From NCBI GenBank assembly GCA_963657005.1, contig CAVKLC010000001.1:45081-109080 (forward strand): 64,000 bases of DNA. The letters run 5' to 3'. Below the pieces are notes generated by a model that saw nothing but the letters and a program-made list of their open reading frames with translations, did not search any database and was not told where the DNA came from. The position numbers and the translations under genes are program-made. The number at the start of each line of letters is the position of its first letter. Position 1 is the stretch's first letter. Source of the stretch: a bacterium (GTDB lineage: Bacteria; Bacillota; Clostridia; Oscillospirales; Acutalibacteraceae). Of this stretch, positions 1 through 9,648 are shown one piece after another.

Positions 1-1127
1 GGGTCAAGGTCCGTAATTTCCATACAATATGCCGCAATAGAGCCTGCGCCCGAACCTCTGCCGGGACCTACGGGAATACCTTTGCTTTTTGCAAACAATA
101 CAAAATCGGCTACGATAAGATAGTAGTCGGTATATCCCATTTTTTCAACCGTTTCAAGCTCATAATCAAGGCGGTCGTAATACTCTTTAGGCGGATTTTC
201 GCCGTACCTTTTTTTCATACCCTTTTGGCAAAGCATTTTGAAATATTCAAAATGGTCCATATTATCGGGCGTTTGGTAATAAGGCAATTTTGTGTGACCG
301 AACTCAAAATCAAAATTGCACATATCGCTAATAATTTGGGTATTATCTATTGCTTCGGGTGTGTCGGCAAAAATTTTCCTCATCTGCTGTTCAGATTTAA
401 GATAAAACTCATTTGCGTGGAATTCAAGTCCTGTATCGTCGCCTATCGTTTTGTTGGTATTGATACAAATAAGCACCTGCTGAATTTTAGCGTCCTGCTT
501 TTCAATATAGTGCACATCGTTGGTGGCAACAAGAGGTATACCCGTTTCACGGTTGATTCGTTTTATACCCTCGTTTACCTGAATTTGCTCAGGAAAGCCG
601 TGGTTTTGAAGTTCAAGATAGTAATTACCCTCGCCGAAAAGGCCGTTGTACCAAAGCGCTGTGCTCTTTGCTCTGTCATAATCTTTTTGAAGGAGAAACT
701 GCGGAATTTCACCCGCAAGGCAGGCGGAAAGGCAAACAAGACCACCGTGATATTTTTCAAGCAAGTCGTGGTCTATCCTCGGTTTAAAATAGAAGCCCTC
801 GGTATACGCTTTCGACACCATTTTGATAAGATTTTTATATCCCTCTTCATTTTTACAAAGCAAAATAAGGTGGTTATATTCCTTATCAAGCACCTTGTCA
901 CGGTCAAACCTCGTCCTCGGCGCAACATAAACTTCGCAACCGATAATAGGCTTGATACCCTCAGCTTTGCAAGCCTTATAAAAATCAACAGCCCCATACA
1001 TATTACCGTGGTCGGTAATAGCAAGAGACTGCATACCAAGACTCTTTGCACTTGACACAAGCTGTTTGATACGGCAAGCACCGTCAAGCAAAGAAAACTC
1101 GGTATGTGTGTGCAAATGAGTAAACAT
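1..1127 (-). CDS. dnaE: DNA polymerase III alpha subunit, N-terminal part (runs off the left edge)
   Basis: Not in the ORF track. Manual minus-strand translation from ATG 1127 gives [18 protein letters not shown]...[14 protein letters not shown]...[11 protein letters not shown]...ATNDVHY...[11 protein letters not shown], the PHP and polymerase motifs of DnaE. AAGGA RBS upstream. Confidence 0.95.
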   Translation of the reverse strand, partial: MFTHLHTHTEFSLLDGACRIKQLVSSAKSLGMQSLAITDHGNMYGAVDFYKACKAEGIKPIIGCEVYVAPRTRFDRDKVLDKEYNHLILLCKNEEGYKNLIKMVSKAYTEGFYFKPRIDHDLLEKYHGGLVCLSACLAGEIPQFLLQKDYDRAKSTALWYNGLFGEGNYYLELQNHGFPEQIQVNEGIKRINRETGIPLVATNDVHYIEKQDAKIQQVLICINTNKTIGDDTGLEFHANEFYLKSEQQMRKIFADTPEAIDNTQIISDMCNFDFEFGHTKLPYYQTPDNMDHFEYFKMLCQKGMKKRYGENPPKEYYDRLDYELETVEKMGYTDYYLIVADFVLFAKSKGIPVGPGRGSGAGSIAAYCMEITDLD

Positions 1128-1172
1128 ATTTAACATCCTTTATAAATGTATATACTTATTATAATATATTTA

Positions 1173-1244
1173 TCTCGCCTTCAGTCGGTAAACCGACAGC
1201 TTCCTCATCAGAGGAAGCCAAGTTTGGCTGACGATAGGAGAGAA
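1173..1244. repeat. REP-like two-hairpin extragenic palindrome (family 2) plus a partial inverted copy
   Basis: GTCGGtaaaCCGAC and GCTTCCTCatcaGAGGAAGC hairpins; the 18-mer gctgacgataggagagaa (1227-1244) recurs identically at 9537-9554. Confidence 0.7.
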
Positions 1245-1263
1245 CAATACAATCAACAGATTA

Positions 1264-2151
1264 TCATTCAATCTGTCCTGCGATTTCAACAATCTTTTTA
1301 AGCCTGTGATTAACTCCGGAGCGTGAAAGACCGCTGAGTTTTGCAAGGTCATTAAGCGAAGCCTCCGGGTTTTCCCGCCTTAAAATCGCCATAGCTTTAA
1401 GGTCGTCATTAAGATAATCAAGACCCTTAGCCTCCTCTATCTTTTCAATAGCGGCGCTCTGCTGCCAGCTCGCTTTAACCGTTTTTTCAATGTTTGCGGT
1501 TTCGCAGTTTGCAGTCCTGTTGGCTTTATTCCTAAAGTCTTTAACTATTTCAACATTCATCATATCAAACATAGATGAAACGGCGCCCATAATATAAAGG
1601 CAGTCCTCAATAGCTTCACTGTCTTTAAAATAGACTATATTGTAACCTTTTCTGTTAGTTGTTTTCGGCGAAAGGTCCAGCTCCTCCAAAAGAGTAACAA
1701 GACTTTTTGAAAGATTGAGAAACGGCACGGTAAATTCCAAATGATAATCTTTATTTGGGTCAGACACTGTACCGCTGGCAAGAAAAGCGCCTGCAAGGAG
1801 TGCGTGCTGGCAATTTTCACAGTCAAAATTTGAATGATTGATTTTTAAACTGCCGGCACTGTTATGACCGAAATAGGAAAGAATTTTGTCGCACTCACTT
1901 TTCTTTTCAATAGTGATGCTGTGCGTTTTTCCGCCCGGTGAAGTTTTAACTTCTGTTTTAATATTGCAATACTTTTCAAGCAAGGTGCTGTAAAGCCTCG
2001 CAATATCTTCGTTTTCGCTTTGCATAGCTATTTCAAAACTTGAAAAAGACTTTGAAAAAATGCACAATCCGTAAAGCAACGCTTTTTCGCAACAAGCGTT
2101 TTCATATTCTTTTTTTAAAAGTTCATTTTTTACTTGCTGTGAAAACGACAT
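1264..2151 (-). CDS. whiA: DNA-binding protein WhiA
   Basis: MSFSQQVKNEL start, GAFLASGTVSDPNKDYHLEF, NRTANCETANIEKT, C-terminal HTH LSRSGVNHRLKKI; directly follows rapZ. Confidence 0.95.
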   Translation of the reverse strand: MSFSQQVKNELLKKEYENACCEKALLYGLCIFSKSFSSFEIAMQSENEDIARLYSTLLEKYCNIKTEVKTSPGGKTHSITIEKKSECDKILSYFGHNSAGSLKINHSNFDCENCQHALLAGAFLASGTVSDPNKDYHLEFTVPFLNLSKSLVTLLEELDLSPKTTNRKGYNIVYFKDSEAIEDCLYIMGAVSSMFDMMNVEIVKDFRNKANRTANCETANIEKTVKASWQQSAAIEKIEEAKGLDYLNDDLKAMAILRRENPEASLNDLAKLSGLSRSGVNHRLKKIVEIAGQIE

Positions 2152-3023
2152 TATCTTCTATCTATATCCCTGTGACTTACAGTAACATTGTCCCATTTTT
2201 TTGAAAAATGTTCTTTAAGTGCTTCGGCAAAAGCAACACTTCTGTGGTTACCGCCTGTACATCCTATTGCAAAAACGATTTGACTCTTGCCCTCTTTAAT
2301 GTAAAGCGGGTTGAGGAAATCGAGGAAATCAATAAGCTTATTTAAAAGTTCTTTTGACGAATCGAAAGAGAATACAAAATCTTTAACTTCCTTGTCAAGA
2401 CCTGTTTTATCCCTGAGCTGTTCGTTCCAATAAGGGTTTGGCAAACATCTTACATCAATAACAAAATCGGCAGAATTAGGCACACCGTATTTAAAGCCGA
2501 ACGACATACAGTGAATATTCATAATTTCCTTGGCGTCGCCGATAAGAAGTTCTGTAAGCCTTTCACGAAGCTTTTTTGAATCGAGTGTTGAAGTATCAAT
2601 AATATGGTCGGCTTTAAGCCTTAAAGGAGATAAAATTTCCTTTTCATAATCAAGTGCATTTTGAATATTGCCGTTAAACTTGTCGGCAAACGGATGCTTC
2701 CTGCGGGTGAGTTTATAACGCTTGAGCGCCTCGGCATCATTAATATCAAGATATACAATCTTAGAAACATAGTCATACTGCTCAACATCATTAATGCTTG
2801 CAATAATCTTTTCAAAAATATGACCGCTTCTTACATCAACAACCATTGCAACTTTGTTGTAATACTCGCTGTTGTTTGCAAGAAGTCTTACAAAAGTGGT
2901 CATAAGTTCAGGCGGCATATTATCTATGCAATAATATCCTGCATCCTCCATAAAAGCCATAGCAGATGACTTACCTGCACCGCTTACACCGGTAATAATT
3001 ATAAGTTCCTTAGTATTATCCAT
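2151..3023 (-). CDS. rapZ: RNase adapter RapZ/YvcJ-family P-loop NTPase
   Basis: ITGVSGAGKS, YYCIDNMP, SFGFKYG, DVRCLPNP, IGCTGGNHRSV motifs. Confidence 0.95.
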   Translation of the reverse strand: MDNTKELIIITGVSGAGKSSAMAFMEDAGYYCIDNMPPELMTTFVRLLANNSEYYNKVAMVVDVRSGHIFEKIIASINDVEQYDYVSKIVYLDINDAEALKRYKLTRRKHPFADKFNGNIQNALDYEKEILSPLRLKADHIIDTSTLDSKKLRERLTELLIGDAKEIMNIHCMSFGFKYGVPNSADFVIDVRCLPNPYWNEQLRDKTGLDKEVKDFVFSFDSSKELLNKLIDFLDFLNPLYIKEGKSQIVFAIGCTGGNHRSVAFAEALKEHFSKKWDNVTVSHRDIDRR

Positions 3024-3038
3024 ATTTTTACCTCATAT

Positions 3039-3938
3039 TTATTTTGTTACTCGTATTTCCATTTCAAGCTTTACGCCCGTTTCTTCAAACACTTTATCAC
3101 TGCAAGCCTTACACAAACTGAGCACATCACTGCAAGTGGCATTGCCCTTGTTAATAACAAAACCTGCGTGCTTTTCGCTAACCTGAGCACCGCCGACGCT
3201 TTTGCCCTTTAAACCGCACTGCTCAATAAGTGCGCCGGCAAAATAACCCTGCGGTCTTTTAAAAGTTGAACCTGCCGATGGGAATTCAAGCGGTTGCTTT
3301 GCTCTCCTCCTGCCGATAAGGTCATTCATCTTAGCCTTAATTTCAGCCTTGTCACCCTTTTTAAGCTTAAGGTAAAGACCTGTTATAATCGAACCGTTGT
3401 CATAATAAGCGCTGTGGCGATATGAAAGCGCAAGTTCCTCACCCTCAAGCGCGCCGATATTACCGTTTGAATCGATATGCTCGCATTTATAAAGCACATC
3501 TTTCATCTCTCCCCCGTAAGCGCCCGCATTCATAAAAGCTGCACCGCCGGCAGAACCGGGAATACCGTAGGCAAATTCAAGACCCGAAAGAGAGTGCTCA
3601 TACGCAAAACGGCAAAGAGCAATAAGCTTAGCCCCCGCCTTTGCATAAATTGTTTCATCATCAATAAGTTTAATTTCGGCAAAAGGTTCGCCGAGAATTA
3701 AAACGCAGGCATCAATACCGCCGTCATCCACCAAAAGATTAGAGCCGTTACCTATTGCAATAAGCCTAACATTTTCAGCCTTTGCACATTTTACAAACTC
3801 GCTTATTTCTTCCTCACTTTTAGGATAGACAACGAGCCTTGCATTGCCACCGATTTTGAAAGTGGTATGAAGGCTCATTTTTTCATTTTCAAGATACCTG
3901 CAATTAAATTTTTCACAAAGATTAATTAACTGCTCCAA
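3039..3938 (-). CDS. murB: UDP-N-acetylenolpyruvoylglucosamine reductase
   Basis: HTTFKIGG, GNGSNLLV, GIPGSAGGAAFMNAGAYG, QPLEFPSAGSTFKRP, VSEKHAGF; TTG start. Confidence 0.96.
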   Translation of the reverse strand: MEQLINLCEKFNCRYLENEKMSLHTTFKIGGNARLVVYPKSEEEISEFVKCAKAENVRLIAIGNGSNLLVDDGGIDACVLILGEPFAEIKLIDDETIYAKAGAKLIALCRFAYEHSLSGLEFAYGIPGSAGGAAFMNAGAYGGEMKDVLYKCEHIDSNGNIGALEGEELALSYRHSAYYDNGSIITGLYLKLKKGDKAEIKAKMNDLIGRRRAKQPLEFPSAGSTFKRPQGYFAGALIEQCGLKGKSVGGAQVSEKHAGFVINKGNATCSDVLSLCKACSDKVFEETGVKLEMEIRVTK

Positions 3939-3953
3939 GTTATCACCGAATAA

Positions 3954-4910
3954 TTATTTTACCATACCGAGGAGAGCCGCACCGATAACACCTGCATCGT
4001 TGCCAAGCTCAGCCTTAACAATTTTAGTTTGAATTTTACTGTGGATAGAATATCTTTCAGCCTGAACAAAACGGCGAAGCGGCTTCATAAGAGTTTCACC
4101 CTCGTTGCAGATACCGCCGCCGATACAAATAATTTCCGGCTGAAGCGCATTAACAAGGTTGATAAGACCGCAAGCAACATATTTGATATAATCGTCAACT
4201 ACTTTAATACCTGCGATATCGCCGAGGCGCATTGCGTCAAATGCAGTTCTGCCTGAAACCTTGCCTTCTTCCTTAGCAAGCTTGTGCATAAGTGAGTCAG
4301 GGTATTCATCCATAGCTTTCTTAGTCTGCCTGATAAGAGCGGTAGCAGAAGCATAAGCCTCCCAACAACCCTTACGGCCGCAAGAGCACTGCTCGCCGTC
4401 AACAACAATTACCATATGACCGCATTCACCGCCGGCGTAGTTAACACCGTTAACGATTTTACCGTCAACGATTACGCCCGAACCTACGCCTGTACCGAGA
4501 GTAACGGCAACAAAATCTTTAGCGCCGTTACCTACACCTGCTTTAGCTTCACCCAAAGCGGCGCAGTTAGCGTCATTTTCAATAAATACTTTTTCTTCAG
4601 GTTTGTTAAGCCTTTTTGCAAGCATAGTTCTTGCAGGAACATTGTTAAATGCAAGGTTGTTTGCAAATTCGATAACACCGTCTGCATTAACAGTACCCGG
4701 AGTACCCATACCTACACTTTCAATATCGTCCATAGTAAGACCTGCCGATTTAACTGCTTCTTCACAAACTTCAGCTATGTCGTCAAAGATTTCCTCAGCG
4801 CTTCTCGGCGAATTTGTAGGAATTTTTGATGTAGATATAATTTTATACTCATCGTTTACTACCGATGCAACAATATTTGTTCCACCTAAATCAATACCTA
4901 TTGTGTACAT
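3954..4910 (-). CDS. glcK: ROK-family glucokinase
   Basis: IGIDLGGTN, ENDANCAALGE, TLGTGVGSG, GECGH, CSCGRKGCWE zinc motif. Confidence 0.9.
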   Translation of the reverse strand: MYTIGIDLGGTNIVASVVNDEYKIISTSKIPTNSPRSAEEIFDDIAEVCEEAVKSAGLTMDDIESVGMGTPGTVNADGVIEFANNLAFNNVPARTMLAKRLNKPEEKVFIENDANCAALGEAKAGVGNGAKDFVAVTLGTGVGSGVIVDGKIVNGVNYAGGECGHMVIVVDGEQCSCGRKGCWEAYASATALIRQTKKAMDEYPDSLMHKLAKEEGKVSGRTAFDAMRLGDIAGIKVVDDYIKYVACGLINLVNALQPEIICIGGGICNEGETLMKPLRRFVQAERYSIHSKIQTKIVKAELGNDAGVIGAALLGMVK

Positions 4911-4963
4911 TTGTTTTACCTCTGTATTTCCTTTATTTATTATACATAATCAAAAATCAAAAC

Positions 4964-5926
4964 TCAGCTTTGCCAAATTTCAATTTCCCTGTCAACCGGC
5001 TGAACATCGTCCATACCGAGGCTGAGCATTAAATCTTTAGCGGCGTTATAACCCATCTTCTTTTGACGGTTGTTCATAGCCGCCGTTTCAACAATAACGG
5101 CAAGGTTACGACCCGGAGTAACCGGAACTGTAATAGCCGGAACTTTAACGCCTAAAATATTTGCATATTCATTATCAAGACCGAGCCTGTCATACGCTTT
5201 AGTTGAATCCCAAGCTTCAAGCTGCATAACCATATCAATCTTTTCACTCGACTTAACGGCACCCATACCGAAAATTCGCCTTGCGTCGATAATACCGATA
5301 CCTCTAAGCTCGACAAAATGACGAATATTACTCGGCGAGTTACCCCTGAGCATTCTTTCGTTAATCTTTCTGATTTCAACAGCGTCGTCGGCAATTAGTC
5401 TGTGACCGCGCTTAATAAGCTCAATAGCGGTTTCGCTCTTACCTGCACCGCTTTCACCCGTTATAAGCACACCCTCACCGTAAACTTCAACAAGCACACC
5501 GTGCCTTGTAATTCTCGGCGCAAGTTCCGAATTAAGAAACGCAATAAGAGCCGCTAAGAACGGCGAAGTTTCCTCCTGCGTTTTTAAAAGCGGAACGCCG
5601 TGCTTTTTGCAAGCGTCATAAAGATAATCGGGTATTTCAAGACCTCTTGTAACAACCGCAGCGGCAGGGTGAAGGGAAAGCCAGCAATCAAGCGCCTCAT
5701 CTCTTTCGCTCGCATCCATACTGCGAATAAAGCCGATTTCCGTCCAACCTAAAATTTGAATTCTAAGTGAATCAAAATAGTCGGTATAACCCGTAAGAAC
5801 AATGCCGGGACGATTTACTTCGCTTGTTGTAATCAAAATTTCGTCAGCCGATTTTGGCATAAAAACCGTTTCAAGCTTGTGAAAATCAATTATTTTTTCA
5901 AGCGAAACAGAATATGTTTGTGACAT
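4964..5926 (-). CDS. hprK: HPr kinase/phosphorylase
   Basis: HGVLVEVYGEGVLITGESGAGKSE, LIADD, ELRGIGII, PGRNLA. Confidence 0.97.
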   Translation of the reverse strand: MSQTYSVSLEKIIDFHKLETVFMPKSADEILITTSEVNRPGIVLTGYTDYFDSLRIQILGWTEIGFIRSMDASERDEALDCWLSLHPAAAVVTRGLEIPDYLYDACKKHGVPLLKTQEETSPFLAALIAFLNSELAPRITRHGVLVEVYGEGVLITGESGAGKSETAIELIKRGHRLIADDAVEIRKINERMLRGNSPSNIRHFVELRGIGIIDARRIFGMGAVKSSEKIDMVMQLEAWDSTKAYDRLGLDNEYANILGVKVPAITVPVTPGRNLAVIVETAAMNNRQKKMGYNAAKDLMLSLGMDDVQPVDREIEIWQS

Positions 5927-6101
5927 AATCTATTCCTCCAAATCAATATACTAAAATATTATAAAGTATTTTAATTATTTAATCAAGCCATTTTTATATA
6001 AATATAAAATAAAGTATAACAAGAATATATTGTTATTTACAATTATTGTTTTTTATGATAAACTAAATAACAATTATCTAATAAATTTGAGGTTAATTGA
6101 C

Positions 6102-7289
6102 TTGGAAAACAGAAAAAAACTTAAAGTAGCTATCGGCACGGACGCTTTTCCGCCTACTACGGACGGCATCAGCAATGTGGCTCAAAGCTACGCAAATATA
6201 ATTAACAAAAATTTGGGGGAAGCAGTTGTTATCACCCCTAAAAACCCTAATCAGCTCGACTACAGATACAATTATGAAATATTCAGGTACAAAAGCTGGT
6301 GGGTTCCGTCAAAAGAGGGATACAGCGTAGGTTGGCCGTTTAAAGATGAGCTTCACCAAGCTATTATTGATATGAATTTTGACCTGCTTCACTCTCACGC
6401 ACCTCTTGCAACAAGCTACTATTTCAGGCGTGTGGTTGAGAAGAAAAAAATTCCGACCGTCCTTACATACCATACAAAATATGAATATGATTTTGACAGA
6501 CGAGTACCTACAAAACCTGCGAGAAATTTTGCATACAAGTTTTTGCTCAACAACATCAATGCCGCCGACGAAGTTTGGGTAACAAGCGAGGGCACTGTTG
6601 ATTCTCTCAGAAAAGTCGGATACACCGGCGACTATGTGGTTATGCCGAACGGTTGCGATTTGCCTATTACAAATGTGAGCGACGACGATATTGCACTTAT
6701 CAAGCGCAAGCACAATATTCCAAACGATATTCCCGTTTTCATCTATACCGGCAGAATGATTTGGTACAAAAATATCGAGCTTATTTTAGAAGCCTGTGCA
6801 AAGCTTAAAAACGACGGCAAAATATTCAAACTTATTATGCTCGGTTTCGGCGCAGATGAGAATGCTATTAAGAAAAAAATTCGCAAGCTCGGTTTGAGCG
6901 ATTATGTTATTTGGACAGGTAAGATATTAGACAGAAATGAGCTTTTAGGCTATTACGGTATCTCCGATTTGCTCCTTTTCCCGTCTACCTTTGACACTAA
7001 CGGTCTTGTTGTAAGGGAAGCCGCCGCCTGTGCCACACCGACCCTTTTGGTTCACGGCAGTTGCGCCGCAGAGGGTATTGAGGACGGCAAAACAGGCTTT
7101 CTTTGTATGGAAAGTGCGCATTCAATCGCCTCAACTCTTGATAAAATTATGGATAATAAGTCGCTTCTTAAAACCGTCGGCAAAAATGCTCAAAGCGATA
7201 TTTATATCAGCTGGGACGACGCAGTTAAAAGAGCATATGAACGCTATTATGTTGTTATAGACAATTTTAAAACAAAGAATAATTTATAA
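6102..7289 (+). CDS. GT4 glycosyltransferase (possible diacylglycerol glycosyltransferase)
   Basis: TDAFPPTTDG, TYHTKY, GRMIWYKN, FPSTFDTNGLVVREA. Likely TTG start at 6102 after GAGG; the ORF track starts at 6030. Confidence 0.85.
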   Translation: MENRKKLKVAIGTDAFPPTTDGISNVAQSYANIINKNLGEAVVITPKNPNQLDYRYNYEIFRYKSWWVPSKEGYSVGWPFKDELHQAIIDMNFDLLHSHAPLATSYYFRRVVEKKKIPTVLTYHTKYEYDFDRRVPTKPARNFAYKFLLNNINAADEVWVTSEGTVDSLRKVGYTGDYVVMPNGCDLPITNVSDDDIALIKRKHNIPNDIPVFIYTGRMIWYKNIELILEACAKLKNDGKIFKLIMLGFGADENAIKKKIRKLGLSDYVIWTGKILDRNELLGYYGISDLLLFPSTFDTNGLVVREAAACATPTLLVHGSCAAEGIEDGKTGFLCMESAHSIASTLDKIMDNKSLLKTVGKNAQSDIYISWDDAVKRAYERYYVVIDNFKTKNNL

Positions 7290-7333
7290 AAATAAAACAC
7301 CGAATATCAAATCGATACTCAGTGTTTATATTA

Positions 7334-7360
7334 ACAAAACTCCTACTTTTTCATAGAATA
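7334..7360 (+). promoter_or_regulatory. Candidate mother-cell (sigmaK/sigmaE-type) promoter of the cotJC-like gene
   Basis: AC-N16-CATAGAATA fits the sigmaK consensus AC-N16-CATAnnnTA. Confidence 0.45.
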
Positions 7361-7386
7361 AAAAAGTAAATTAAGGAGTTGATTTT

Positions 7387-7986
7387 TTGTTTAGTTATAT
7401 AAAAAAATTGCAATACCCTATTAATATAAAGAACCCCGACCCAAAGGCGGCAGGTATCATAATAAGTCAGTACGGTGGTCCGCACGGTGAGTTAGGAGCG
7501 TCGCTTAGGTATCTTTCGCAAAGGTATTCTATGCCGTATCCGGAGCTTAAAGGTTTGCTCACCGACATCGGTGTGGAAGAACTCGGTCATCTTGAAATGA
7601 TTGGCACAATGGTGCACCAGCTTACACGAAATTTGACAGAAGACCAAATTGAAAACAACCCGCATTTTATGGCATATTTCGTTGACCACACATCGAGCGT
7701 TTATCCGACTGCAGCGAGCGGAACTCCGTGGGATGCAAGCGGCATTGCCGTTACGGGTGACACAATCGGCGACCTCAACGAAGATTTGGCTGCGGAGCAA
7801 AAAGCGAGGGTGACATACGACAACATTCTTCGCCTTGTTGATGACCCGGATATTATTGAGCCTATCAAGTTTTTGCGTGAGCGTGAAATAGTACACTATC
7901 AGCGCTTCGGTGAGGGTTTGAGGCTCGTTACCGACAAGCTTGACAGCAAGAATTACTACGCTTTCAACCCATCTTTTGACAAATAG
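7387..7986 (+). CDS. cotJC: Manganese catalase family / spore coat protein CotJC-like
   Basis: YIKKLQYP, SQYGGPHGELGASLRYLSQ, DIGVEELGHLEM, EDLAAEQKAR, REIVHYQRF; TTG start with AAGGAG. Confidence 0.85.
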   Translation: MFSYIKKLQYPINIKNPDPKAAGIIISQYGGPHGELGASLRYLSQRYSMPYPELKGLLTDIGVEELGHLEMIGTMVHQLTRNLTEDQIENNPHFMAYFVDHTSSVYPTAASGTPWDASGIAVTGDTIGDLNEDLAAEQKARVTYDNILRLVDDPDIIEPIKFLREREIVHYQRFGEGLRLVTDKLDSKNYYAFNPSFDK

Positions 7987-8000
7987 AACACTGTATATTT

Positions 8001-8032
8001 AACGCAATGCGAAAGTGTTGCGTTATTTTTTT
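8001..8032 (+). terminator. Intrinsic terminator
   Basis: AACGCAATGC-GAAA-GTGTTGCGTT followed by a T-run. Confidence 0.8.
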
Positions 8033-8053
8033 GTAAAATTTTTCAAAAAACGC

Positions 8054-8084
8054 TTGACCTAAAGCCAAGTTTAGATGATAAAAT
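8054..8084 (+). promoter_or_regulatory. MerR-type (AdhR/NmlR-like) promoter-operator
   Basis: TTGACC-N19-TAAAAT with dyad CCTAAAG-CCAA-GTTTAGA in the spacer. Confidence 0.7.
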
Positions 8085-8116
8085 AAAAACATAATAAAAT
8101 TGAAAGGAAGATTAAA

Positions 8117-8551
8117 ATGAAATATCAAGACAAAAACGAATTTGAAAAAGCCAATGTATTCGGCACAGGCGAAGCAAATGTTACTTATGCAAAATACTTT
8201 ATCGGCAACTCATTTCTTAACCCTTTAACCGATATGAACAAAACTTCACTTCACATTTCAAATGTTACATTTGAGCCGGGTTGCAGAAACAACTGGCACA
8301 TTCACCACGCAAGTAAGGGCGGCGGTCAGATTTTGATTTGCACAGCTGGCGAGGGTTGGTATCAGGAAGAAGGCAATGAAGCTGTTTCGCTCAAAGAGGG
8401 CACGGTTATCACAATTCCTGCCGAAGTTAAGCACTGGCACGGTGCAAAGGCTGACAGTTGGTTTTCGCACATTGCGGTTGAAGTTCCGGGCGAAAATCAG
8501 TCTAACGAATGGTGCGAAGAAGTAAGCGACGAAGAATACAACGCTTTATAA
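8117..8551 (+). CDS. Cupin domain protein
   Basis: NVTFEPGCRNNWHIH...GGQIL...IPAEVKHWHGA...FSHIA. Confidence 0.9.
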   Translation: MKYQDKNEFEKANVFGTGEANVTYAKYFIGNSFLNPLTDMNKTSLHISNVTFEPGCRNNWHIHHASKGGGQILICTAGEGWYQEEGNEAVSLKEGTVITIPAEVKHWHGAKADSWFSHIAVEVPGENQSNEWCEEVSDEEYNAL

Positions 8552-8563
8552 GAGGGTAAAAAA

Positions 8564-9247
8564 ATGAACTTACACAATACTGACAATGAATTTATAACCC
8601 GTTTTGAGCACTTCGCTTTTGACGAAGTTGTTAACGAAGAAAATCAGCAGCTTGATGACGACACAAGATATATGGCAATTCTTGCAACGCTTATCGGTTG
8701 CGGCGGAGTTGACGCATTTGAAGAAATGCTTGACAAGGCTATGAAAGACGGCTTTGACGCAGTTAAAGTCAAGGAAATTATTTATCAGGCAACCGACTAT
8801 TTAGGCTATGGCAGGATGCTTCCGTTTTTAAAATGCGCAAACAAATATTTTGAGCAAAACGGCATTGAAATTGATGACAACAGAGCCACAACAACGCTTG
8901 AAAACAGGCTTGAAAAAGGTGTAGCGGCTCAAGTTGAAATATTTGGTGACGGTATGAAAGAAGCGTACAAAAAAGGTCATATCAACCGTTTTCTTGCCGC
9001 TAATTGCTTTGGCGATTATTACACAAGGAAAGGTCTTGATTTAAGGCAAAGAGAGCTTATCACTTTCTGCTTTTTATCGGCTCAGGGCGGTTGCGAGCCA
9101 CAGCTTACCGCTCACGCAAAGGGCAATATGAATATGGGAAATGATAAGAACTTTTTAGTTAAAGTCGTTACCCAGTGCGTGCCTTATATCGGCTATCCGA
9201 GAAGCCTTAATGCGATAAACTGCATTAACAAAGCAAGCGAAAAGTAA
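8564..9247 (+). CDS. Carboxymuconolactone decarboxylase (CMD/AhpD-like) family protein, tandem domains
   Basis: FAFDEV, EIIYQATDYLG, FGDYYTRKGLD..RELITF, QLTAH, PYIGYPRSLNA. Confidence 0.88.
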   Translation: MNLHNTDNEFITRFEHFAFDEVVNEENQQLDDDTRYMAILATLIGCGGVDAFEEMLDKAMKDGFDAVKVKEIIYQATDYLGYGRMLPFLKCANKYFEQNGIEIDDNRATTTLENRLEKGVAAQVEIFGDGMKEAYKKGHINRFLAANCFGDYYTRKGLDLRQRELITFCFLSAQGGCEPQLTAHAKGNMNMGNDKNFLVKVVTQCVPYIGYPRSLNAINCINKASEK

Positions 9248-9355
9248 ATTATAATTTTCGGCTGTGAATAAGCAGCCATAACCACACCTGATTTAAGCAG
9301 TTAGATAGTTTTATTAAACGAAGTATATATAGCATTTAATAATTTATATCAACAA

Positions 9356-9467
9356 CGCAAAAACGATACGATTTTAGGTATCGAGATACCGTAATCGTAT
9401 CGTTATGTGCTTTGAACTTTTAGGTCAGGGGCGTACCGTCGTACAGCACACTTCCCTAAAAATCCAA
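9356..9467 (-). ncRNA. Unassigned structured RNA: pseudoknot followed by a terminator hairpin
   Basis: 13-bp stem with two G-U pairs (minus-strand specific), loop UGUGCU pairing with downstream AGCACA, then an 18-bp interrupted hairpin and U-run. Confidence 0.5.
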
Positions 9468-9505
9468 TTCTGACTACTTCTTCGCAACCTTACTCCTTGA
9501 TGCTT

Positions 9506-9554
9506 GCTTCCCTCTGATGAGTGAAGTGTCAGCTACGCTGACGATAGGAGAGAA
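9506..9554. repeat. REP-like two-hairpin palindrome (family 2), inverted relative to the 1173 copy
   Basis: CTTCcCTCtgatGAGtGAAG and GTCAGCtacGCTGAC hairpins; 18-mer shared with 1227-1244. Confidence 0.7.
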
Positions 9555-9555
9555 A

Positions 9556-9626
9556 GGAGAACGCAGTTCTCCCCTACGATAATCCTAATTATTTAGACTA
9601 CCGTAGGTGCGGATATCATCCGCCCG
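9556..9626. repeat. GTAG-type REP doublet (REPIN-like), short-spacer copy
   Basis: ggagaacgcagttctcccCTAC...GTAGgtgcggatatcatccgcccg; the spacer resembles the first half of the spacer in the other copies. Confidence 0.75.
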
Positions 9627-9648
9627 TTGAAATGTAATTATATTTTCA

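Noticed and set aside
225..1055. 276-aa plus-strand ORF
   Set aside because: Antisense shadow of dnaE, with no recognisable motifs.
1264..3023. rapZ directly joined to whiA without yvcK/glmR
   Set aside because: To my knowledge a common arrangement in this group; no remnant or scar is visible.
9506..9530. CTGATGA core suggesting a hammerhead ribozyme
   Set aside because: No properly placed GAAA or three-stem junction; it is the loop of a REP-like hairpin also present at 1199-1219.
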